Part shown: piece after piece, positions 30,201 to 38,841 of the stretch
Layout of the letters: each line of letters starts with the position of its first letter
Numbering within the stretch: position 1 is the first letter of the stretch
The notes under the pieces: model-generated
What the model was told of the DNA's origin: nothing
The model's input: the letters and a program-made list of their open reading frames with translations, nothing else
Database searches by the model: none
Assembly: GCA_052055015.1 (NCBI GenBank)
Contig: JBQJIT010000056.1
DNA: 39,912 nucleotides
Direction: 5' to 3' (one strand)
Source of the DNA: Malassezia furfur
Lineage: Eukaryota
Made by a program: the position numbers and the translations under genes

Positions 30201-30578
30201 GCGGCCAAGGACGCTGCGGCGTCGACCAAGCCGACCGAGGCGCCCAAGGACGCAACCAAGGACACTGCCAAGGACGCGCCCAAGGACGCTGCCAAGGACG
30301 CCGCCAAGGATGCGCCGAAGCCGACCGAGACGGAGGCGGCGGCGGCCAAGGCTGACGCGCCCAAGGCTGACGCGCCCAAGGCTGATGCGCCCAAGGCTGA
30401 CGCGCCCAAGGCGAGTGAGCCTGCTGCGGCCAAGCCTACCGAGACCAAGCCCGCGGTGACCAAGAGCACCGAGGCGAGCAAGGAGGAGGCCGAGGAGAAG
30501 AGCTCGCGCAACTCGTCGTCGATCCTTGCCGCCTTCCGCAAGAAGGACAAGAAGAAGAACAAGAACAAAAAGAAGTAA
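27258..30578 (+). CDS. Large low-complexity Lys/Glu/Ala/Pro/Ser-rich protein with a central charged helical repeat
   Basis: Open frame of about 1100 aa with strong codon bias (AAG/GAG/GCC), tandem peptide repeats and a polybasic C-terminus RKKDKKKNKNKKK. I chose ATG 27258 because the track start at 27153 lies in the shared promoter; the start is uncertain. Confidence 0.8.
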   Translation: MTLGSWIRRLGHHQHDNAGGLDRKEIEELVANAGRVPRSVASSPAKTTSVKRSRTVSGPTTLAEQYGRPAPRHVVVNKKPMVVRASVPSVPSDAPEPKLAEVPRAPKSVFEAGIAIPDEGERFPPVENRYVSYRASHVGGASVIPPEELGEVQPEDEDDTSSIEQGVLPYPEKKEEPVVDEEEVEVKESEVKESEAKEDDAAGKPKTAAAPALDRTVLGSELEKTPSKSTKKGAKVKRSHTTGSSARSVPWDTTGSVSKDSAPTVFALNYATAVRHGREYLYRYSDYDNSPGESAPARVVTSTKTTESKGKEAEPRSKGETKFTEAIKPVESKKEASKATESAKTLDSVKAMEAQTSKAEAGKTVSEQAPPVPPKDVKKPTPTPTYTPSYLSGKPVEYKSELPSYLRTGKVTASIPPRTTTTKESTSNVDSAKKEADEKAKKEADEKAAKEAAEKKAADEKAKKEAEEKAAKEAEAKKATEEKAAKEAEEKKAAEAKAAKEAEEKKAAEEKATKETEAKKAAEEKAAKEAEAKKAAEEKAAKEAEEKKAAEAKAAKEAEEKKAAEEKAAKEAEEKKAKEAAEKKAAEEKAAKEAEEKKAKEAAEKKAAEEKAAKEAEEKKAKEAAEKKAAEDKAAKEAESKLSTKPSSKTLSSSASFSIPTSDGSKPAPAITGIDSLYGLPSATRESKPTAGEAKTVSDAKAPASRDASASSAAPASRDASTSGAAPALAHASIYGKKSESKADTKEGKGIKSVLPEFMRQNSFDTSVSTRAIPPESRRNSDASARASLAESAKPSGLAPPINDTSALGLAKSERAASEARGETKPATPSAATESKPAASTATEPAKSTATESKPTPSKASVTHSIQSKPAPSTTAPAASEPEPKAAATTPAPVSEKPAPKAEESKAAESKPAATPAAQRGMAVHILDSPSAAKASPAPKESVPAAKPAEDTKAETKPVLPEKDAKRVEAAKEDAETKPAEAAKDAAASTKPTEAPKDATKDTAKDAPKDAAKDAAKDAPKPTETEAAAAKADAPKADAPKADAPKADAPKASEPAAAKPTETKPAVTKSTEASKEEAEEKSSRNSSSILAAFRKKDKKKNKNKKK
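28552..29177 (+). repeat. Coding tandem repeat: 14-aa KAAEEKAAKEAEEK-type units followed by three 22-aa KAAEEKAAKEAEEKKAKEAAEK (66-nt) units
   Basis: Visible in the translation and in the DNA (repeated AAGGCCGCC/AAGGAGGCCGAGGAG). Confidence 0.92.
30351..30410 (+). repeat. Coding 15-nt tandem repeat x4 (ADAPK)
   Basis: GCTGACGCGCCCAAG repeated four times with one C>T change; preceded by KDAP/KDAA/KDAT tetrapeptide repeats. Confidence 0.92.
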
Positions 30579-30609
30579 TCATCACGTCCCTTCTAGTAGT
30601 ATAGGTTTG

Positions 30610-30906
30610 CTAATTGGTCTTGTGCTGTTTCCCCCCTTCCCACATACCGACGTAGTCAATGCCGGCCTCGGCGGGCAGCGGCCCGTCGCCGCGCCGCGCC
30701 TTGGCGCGCAGACCGTGTTTGCGGCTGGCCGCTGGCCGTGCGCTGGCGTCGATGCGGGCGGGCGGCGCGACGCGCTCCTCGCGCACAGGTGCCTTGGCAG
30801 TCTCTGCCGCCGAGCTTCGCCGCTTGGCCTGGGTGAGCGCGCCACGTACGGGCTTCTTGTACATTTTCTGGGTGAGCGCGCTGCAACGTACCGCCGACCG
30901 CCCCAT
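30610..30906 (-). CDS. Small basic hypothetical protein (about 83 aa) with two micro-exons
   Basis: ATG 30906; exon MGRSA (15 nt), intron 30868-30891 (24 nt), exon KMYKKP (18 nt), intron 30829-30849 (21 nt), then exon to TAG 30610-30612. Both introns read GTACGT...GCGCTCACCCAG. C-terminus GIDYVGMWEGGKQHKTN. Confidence 0.72.
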   Translation of the reverse strand: MGRSAVRCSALTQKMYKKPVRGALTQAKRRSSAAETAKAPVREERVAPPARIDASARPAASRKHGLRAKARRGDGPLPAEAGIDYVGMWEGGKQHKTN

Positions 30907-30964
30907 GGTGGGTGGAGTGTCCGTCGGCTTACGTACACACACACCTTCTTCCTTCGCACCTGCG

Positions 30965-33766
30965 ATGGCGAGCCGACTCGCGGCGCTGGCGCGGCGCCGC
31001 GTCGTCGCTCCGTCGCGGCCATGGCTCCCGCATACGCGGCGCGTGGCAACATGTGTGGTGTGGCAGCAGCATGGCCATGCGTCGGTTGCACGCGACGACG
31101 CGCTGCCCACGACCATCGAGACGTACTTGGCGCTGCGCGCATCGCCGTACGAGCTGCAGGCGCTGCCAGACACATCGTTCATCAAGTTGATCTACGATTC
31201 GGGCAGTGCTGGGCTCACTGGACTGGTCCAAAACATCGCGAGCGACGTGCTCGACCTGCGCATCGCGCCAGCGGACTCGGAGCGGACACGCCGACTCCTC
31301 ATCACGCTGCTCAACATGCTAAGCTACAACACACGCAAGCTCCAGATCGAGCCTGAACTCGTATCTCGCATGGTTGGCGCACTGCTCGACGGGCCGGGCG
31401 GATCCGTCGACGATCTGCCGCCCTACGTCGCGATGTATGCCTTGCGTACTCTGCTCACCCTCCGCACCGCCCAGGGGCCCCACCTTGCGCAGATCGAGCC
31501 GCTGTTCCGCCGTCTCGTGCTCACGGGCGACTATCCGACGATCGGCGAGGGACTGCATGTGGTCGAGTACCTGCTCGAGTTCAGCGACCTGTCCTCGGAC
31601 GTGCTCATGGACCTCGTCTCGCGCACGGTGCAGTGCGACGGCGAGCGGATCGGCGAGCAGACGCTGCAGCAGGCACGCGCCGATGGCATGCGTTGGCTTG
31701 CATGGAGGCAGTCGCGGACCGATGCGGCTGCCGAGACGGACGAAGGCGCGTGGGCATCGCATGCGCTCCGCATCACGATCCTGTCGCTGTGCTGTCGGAC
31801 GTGGCTGCGGCTGAACCGCACGCACCGCTTCCAGCACGCTCTGGACCAGCTGATCCGTGCCCTAGATGCACACGACGTGCCGGACGAGGCGGGCGCCGTC
31901 CTGGCGCCGTCGACGCCGCGCATCGACATGGTACGTGCCCTGCTGCAGACGCACATCGTGCACCTTGCGCAGTCCGCGTCCCGGAACGGACTGGCAGCGG
32001 CTATGGCGTCGCTCGAGATGTTCTCCACCGATGCCGTGCGCATGCTGCCGCGTGTCTTGGCGCTTGTATGCACCAAGGCCCTTGAGCTTGACCGCCCGGC
32101 GATCGCCGAGGCCGTGCTGCGCCTTGTACAGTCCCATGCAACGCCGGCGCTCACACGCTCCGCATACGCACGCGCACTGCTACTTCAGCTTGGCCCCGTG
32201 CCGCTGCTGCGCGTGCTGCAGTACTGTGCGCGCACGCGGCGGTTTGCCGATGCCCAGGCGCTCTACACGTGGGCGCACAGCGCACTCCCGGGCGACAGCT
32301 GGGACGTGTTCTGGCCCACGACTGTGCGGGCCGAGCTCGTGGCGTGCGTCGCCGCGTGCGAAATGGCTGACGCCGCGCGCACGCTCTTTACGCAATGGAT
32401 CCCGCAGGCGCGCATCGTGCCGTACGGCGAGCGCTACAAGTGGACGCATGCGACGCCCATCCCGCGCCAGGCAGGCGAGGCCGCACATGCGCCGCTTGTA
32501 CGCCCCCTCGTGCGTCTCCTCCGCCGCGACACCGTGACGCCGGCCTTCCGCAGCGCCAGCGCACGTGCCGGGCGCGCGTCGCAGGATGCGCTAGCGCCCG
32601 GCATGCTCCTCACAGCGCCGTGCTTACTGGCGCTCGTCAAGCTGTTTGGCCGCACGCCGCGGTTCGGTGCACCGCTCGACCTGCCGCTCGCCGTGCGTGT
32701 GCGCGACTACTATCTGATGGCTGCGCCGCTCGAAAGCCGCTCGCGCCCGGAGCTCACGGCGCTGGCACAAGCGTCGCTGATTGTGGGCGACCGCGCAACT
32801 GCCGCCGATGTGTTCCGCATCCTATACCACCGCGGCTTTGATGCGAGTGCGCTCGCCGTCCTGCTCCGTGGCGCCGTCGACGTCCACGCGGACGAGGCAG
32901 TCGCCGCGTTTTTGTCGCTGCCCGACTCGCCCGACGCGCGCGACCCCGTGAACAATGCGCGCCTCTATGCTGTGCTGCTTTCGCGGTGCGTGACGCAGTC
33001 GCGCTTCGATCTCGCGGACCGCATCCAGGCGGCCGGCGAGGCGCGGGGCTTAGGCGGACGCATTGCCGCCGAGGCGACATCGAGCCAGCTCGCGAGCGCG
33101 AACCTGTCGCCGCGCGCGACGATGCGGCGCGTCCAGGCACTCCTCGACGAGGGCTGGACACCCGAAATCCGCCTGATCAACTGGGCGATCAAAAGCATCG
33201 CGCGTGGCTACACCCTGCGCGAAGCCGGCTCGGCAGACGTCCAGGCGACGAACCAGGCGCTGGCGTCGGCCGCCAAGCTGTATCTGCTCGGTGCTGCGCG
33301 GCTGCAGACGGTCGATTTGGCCGTGACGCGCTTCCTTCTGTACCATATGGGGCGCGCAGCGCGGCATATGTCGGCGCACGCCAAGCAAACCCAGCCGCAG
33401 TGGGTTCTGTACTTGGACCGCATTGCACATGCACTGCGCTGGACACGGCACCTCACGGGTGCCTCGCAGTATGCTGCGATGGAGCACGTGGAAGTAGCGA
33501 CGGTGAAGCGCACGGCCTCTGCGCCCAACGTCGTTCCCTACCCACTGCTATGCCAGCTCACCCGCGCTTACGATGCGCTCGGCGACACACGCGGCGTGGA
33601 CGAGACGCTTGCCTGGATTGACGAGGCGGGCTACGACGCCGCATCGTTTCCTGATACCCCCGCGCACCGCGCGTTCCAGCACGTCGCGCGCCACGCGCAA
33701 CAACGGCCCCCGGCCCCGCGCACCAAGCCGTGGTGGGCTGCGGCGTGGGGCGCCGTCCATAGCTAA
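30965..33766 (+). CDS. Predicted mitochondrial alpha-helical repeat protein (PPR-like, putative RNA-binding)
   Basis: Arg-rich presequence MASRLAALARRRVVAPSRPW. Helical units such as LYAVLLSRCVTQSRFDLADRIQ and LLDEGWTPEIRLINWAIKS resemble degenerate PPR motifs. Intronless. The gene is well supported; the product is tentative. Confidence 0.68.
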   Translation: MASRLAALARRRVVAPSRPWLPHTRRVATCVVWQQHGHASVARDDALPTTIETYLALRASPYELQALPDTSFIKLIYDSGSAGLTGLVQNIASDVLDLRIAPADSERTRRLLITLLNMLSYNTRKLQIEPELVSRMVGALLDGPGGSVDDLPPYVAMYALRTLLTLRTAQGPHLAQIEPLFRRLVLTGDYPTIGEGLHVVEYLLEFSDLSSDVLMDLVSRTVQCDGERIGEQTLQQARADGMRWLAWRQSRTDAAAETDEGAWASHALRITILSLCCRTWLRLNRTHRFQHALDQLIRALDAHDVPDEAGAVLAPSTPRIDMVRALLQTHIVHLAQSASRNGLAAAMASLEMFSTDAVRMLPRVLALVCTKALELDRPAIAEAVLRLVQSHATPALTRSAYARALLLQLGPVPLLRVLQYCARTRRFADAQALYTWAHSALPGDSWDVFWPTTVRAELVACVAACEMADAARTLFTQWIPQARIVPYGERYKWTHATPIPRQAGEAAHAPLVRPLVRLLRRDTVTPAFRSASARAGRASQDALAPGMLLTAPCLLALVKLFGRTPRFGAPLDLPLAVRVRDYYLMAAPLESRSRPELTALAQASLIVGDRATAADVFRILYHRGFDASALAVLLRGAVDVHADEAVAAFLSLPDSPDARDPVNNARLYAVLLSRCVTQSRFDLADRIQAAGEARGLGGRIAAEATSSQLASANLSPRATMRRVQALLDEGWTPEIRLINWAIKSIARGYTLREAGSADVQATNQALASAAKLYLLGAARLQTVDLAVTRFLLYHMGRAARHMSAHAKQTQPQWVLYLDRIAHALRWTRHLTGASQYAAMEHVEVATVKRTASAPNVVPYPLLCQLTRAYDALGDTRGVDETLAWIDEAGYDAASFPDTPAHRAFQHVARHAQQRPPAPRTKPWWAAAWGAVHS

Positions 33767-33810
33767 GATACCCGATCCACCCGATGCTCCCTCCACTGTC
33801 CCCTGTTTCG

Positions 33811-34372
33811 ATGCTCGGCGTACGGAGGTACGCGACGGCGCCGCCGCGCCTAGTCGGCACGCCGCCCACCATCCGCGGTCCTATGGTATGCTGCATTACT
33901 CATACAGCGTCCGTTCACGAGTGGCGCACTTGGATTCCTGATCGGTTTCAGCATCGCTGGCACTCTGGGCGTGTATTATATGCAGCAAGAGTACCGCGCG
34001 GCCTCCAACTCGGTGCTTGCGAGCAGCGCGCGTCTCACGCACAGTGCCCAGAATGTACGTTTTTGGTCCACTGACGCCAGGTGACGGGCTACCTGGACCG
34101 CATCCAGGACGTCGAGGCGCGCATGAACCAACTCGAAAAAGCAGTGGTCTCGCGCAAGCAGTTTGACGACGCGGCCGAGTCGATCCGCAAGCTCTATACC
34201 GACATGTTCGAAGAGACGCACGAGCTGCGCAAGCGCATGTGGGATCTCGGTACGTCGTTGTTGGTCTCACGCAGAACACGAAACGTTTGCGACGCGCAAA
34301 CGGCACGACACGCCGACGTGGGCGCCGCCGCTCGAGGATCGCGTGCGTCTTCCGCCTGTGCGGATTATTTAG
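33811..34372 (+). CDS. Small conserved fungal single-TM coiled-coil protein, probably mitochondrial
   Basis: Presequence MLGVRRYATAPP (alternative ATG 33784); introns 33886-33907, 34055-34080, 34250-34274 (22, 26, 25 nt). TM segment RPFTSGALGFLIGFSIAGTLGVYYMQQEY, then coiled coil VTGYLDRIQDVEARMNQLEK..IRKLY. Confidence 0.82.
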
Positions 34373-34498
34373 CCCATAGAACGACACTTGTTGTTGTGTG
34401 GCCGTCTTTGTGGGACGTTGTTGCCCGTGTCCCGGAGCCGCCGGAGCCGCCGAGCCCATCTGACCGGGCGGCCCTTGCGTTCTCCACACGCCGAGGCC

Positions 34499-36342
34499 AT
34501 GTCGTCCCAGCAGAACGCAATAGTGATTGACGATGACGACGACGACAGCGCAGGCATGTCACAGCCCACATCGCTCCAAGCCGTCATCCCTGACCGTGCA
34601 CAGCTCGAACGGGAGCGGCTTGCGCGCGTGCGGGCGCGCCAAGACGCGCAGGGGCACACCGAGGCCCGTGCAGCCCCGCGTGCACAATCCCCCACGACCC
34701 CGAGCGTGGAGCGCACACCAGCAACACCCAACCCGCCGACGCCGTCGTCATCTCAAAGTGCTGCTGGACCATCATCGCCCACTGTACCGGGCCGCAAGCG
34801 GCGCGCTAGCCAGGATCCTCCCCTGACCTGGAGTGCATACACACCCAAGCGACGCACGACTCCGGCTCAGCCTGCGCGGGAGTCGAAGCCTAGTGCGCCC
34901 AGCCCTGCACCGAAGCGTACTGTACCAGCAGCACCTGCGCCGCAGCCCAGTGGCCCATCCGATCGCTATACCCCTATTCGCAGCACGGACCGATTTTGGC
35001 GCGGCGCCATCAAGGTAGGTGAGCGTGCTCACACAGGCGACCTACAACCGTTATGCACGCAATACACACTGTGGAACACGTCTCGAGGACGTGCTTCTCC
35101 CCGCGACACGGTCGCAACCGAACGGACTCCGGCGCGTGCTGCTCACGTCGTACGACGTGGAGATCGACTGGCTCTTACTTCTCTTTCCCCGCGTTCCGGT
35201 GACGTACATCGGCAATCCGCCGCGCGGAGATGCACAGCGCGACCCCAGTATTCCCCCACCAGGTTTTTACCCATGCAGCGGTGCGTCCAACTGGGAAATG
35301 GGTGTGCCAGCCAAGCCCCACCCCGGTGCGCTGCAGCACAGCAAGCTCCTGCTCCTTTTCTTTGCGACGCATGTCCGCGTGGTCATCTCTACGGGTAACC
35401 TATCACAGGTGGACTGGTCGCGGTACGAGAATGTAGGTCGGTGGGCTCACCCAGATGTTCTACGTGCAGGATTTTCCACCACACCCTACCGAGCCAGCGA
35501 GCATGCGTGGGTCGGGCATCGAGTTCCGTGTGCAGCTGGAGCGGGTGCTGCACTCGCTCAGCTTGCCACGTACGCATGCCGTATTTGAGGCGCTCCAAGC
35601 GTACTCGTTTGAGCGTGCCGCTGCTCATATCGTCGCGAGCTGGCCGCTATCCAAAGTCACGGGCTGGCGCGAGATTGCTCGGGCGGGCATTGGGCGTTTG
35701 CACCATGTTGTACGTGCACTAGGCCTACATATCCCACACATGAGCCTCGAGGCTCAAGGCTCGTCGCTCGGTGTGTACGAGCGGCGATGGCTCGAGCAGT
35801 TTTACTTAATGACGTGCGGCTGCGACGTGCAGGGCGTGGTGCCGCTCCCTCGGCGCACGGCACCCGGCGCCTCACCAGAGCTCACCAAACTCACAGGCTG
35901 TACCGATTGGCCCCGCATCAAAATCCTGTTTCCGACACAGGCGTACGTGCAGGAGCGCTTTGTCGAAGGGCCGTCGGGCGCAGGGTGCTTTTTCGCGAAG
36001 CCAGACGACTTTCGCAAGAAGGAGCTACGGCCGCTATTCGGCCAACCCACGTCGTGCCGCGGGGATATTCTGATGCATGCCAAGTGCCTCGTGGGCCAGG
36101 CGGAAAACAGGGGCTGGGTCTACCTGGGAAGTGCCAACTTTACGCGCGCCGCCTGGGGCACGGTTGCTGGGACAACGAGTGCGCCGACGCTGTCGCTGAA
36201 TAACTGGGAGCTGGGTGTGGTGCTGCCGCTCGATTCGCCGGATGTCGACGGCAGTGCATGGGACGCCGTGCCCTACCGGCGGCCGGTGGAGGCGTACGGC
36301 GCACAGGATGCGCCGTGGGATGTAGGCACGCTCGGTCGGTAG
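34499..36342 (+). CDS. TDP1: Tyrosyl-DNA phosphodiesterase 1 (PLD superfamily)
   Basis: Introns 35015-35036 and 35433-35454 (22 nt each). Two HxK...N motifs (QHSKLLLL..VVISTGNL; MHAK..WVYLGSANFTRAAWG), plus QGSSLG and NNWELGV. Confidence 0.93.
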
Positions 36343-36360
36343 TGTGGAGGTCGTCTCGCG

Positions 36361-37229
36361 ATGTCGACGTAGGTACCGCGCGCTGACGCAGCAACCTCGC
36401 GCTGGCGGAGGGCGAGGTGTACAGCCAGCCGGCTGCGACCGGTGTGGGTGTGCACGAAAGCACACAGCTGGTCGCTGCCGTAGACGCGCTCAAGGTACGT
36501 CGTAAGCTGACGCAGCGGCATGGCAATCCCGTGCGTCTCGAGGACTTTGCGCTGATGCACGGCCTCAATGGTCTGCTGGACAGCAAGAGTAACCTGTTTC
36601 AGCGCTTCGTGCAGCACCCCAAGGTCGAATACAATGCAAAGACCGATCTGTACAGCTACAAAGTGCGTGGCGCCGCTCACCCCAGCCCGACTACAATGTG
36701 CACAGCAACGCGGACCTCGTCGCACTGCTGCGCGAAAAGTACTACCACCCCTCTGCGCTCAACCCCCAGTCAGCGGCCGCGGGGATGCGCGTCGCAGAGC
36801 TTAAGGAGTCGTACCCACAGGCGCGCGAGGCCGTCGAAGAGCTCGCCAACGCCCAGCCCGTCGAGGACCGCGAGGTGCTGGTGCTGCGCGGCAAGCGCGA
36901 CGGCGCGATCAAGCATGTGTTTTGGAACCCGATCCGCGGCGAGGAGGTGCGGCCGATCGATCCCGAGTTCAAGGAGCTGTGGCGCAGCCTGCGTGTTCCT
37001 GACGTGGTGGACCTCACCGCGGACCTCGAGAGCGGTACGTGGCATAACACTCACCGCAGAGGGTCTCAGCACCACGAAGGAGGTGGACAATGCGCCCAAG
37101 GTGCAGGCGCAGCAGACCCAGCGTGGACGCAAGGGCAAGCCCAAGCGCGGTGCGGCGCCGCGCAAATTCAAGCTGCAGAACACGCACTTGCAGGGCGTCG
37201 ATCTGAGCCGCGACTTTGTGAAGCAGTAG
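36361..37229 (+). CDS. TFA2: Transcription initiation factor TFIIE beta subunit
   Basis: Introns 36369-36391, 36495-36515, 36663-36685, 37035-37059 (23, 21, 23, 25 nt). Motifs VYSQPAATGVG, YSYK|PDYNV, GMRVAELKESY, IDPEFKELWRSL and RKFKLQNTHL. Confidence 0.92.
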
Positions 37230-37264
37230 ACATATACATGGCGTTGCTAGCTGGCTCTACGCGC

Positions 37265-38708
<1,444 letters not shown>

Positions 38709-38841
38709 GGCGGCCGTCACCAGCGTTCGCGACGCTGCGTTCTTGGCGGCGCCGCGCGGCGCCGGAATTCCGTACCGGCCTCGGCCGAGTGTGCATGGGC
38801 CTCGCGGCGCGTCGAGCGATTCGTCCTTGTCGTGGATCGGC

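Noticed and set aside
30659..30964. N-terminal extension of the 1035-aa track ORF
   Set aside because: It is antisense to the spliced small gene at 30610-30906; ATG 30965 gives a plausible mitochondrial presequence.
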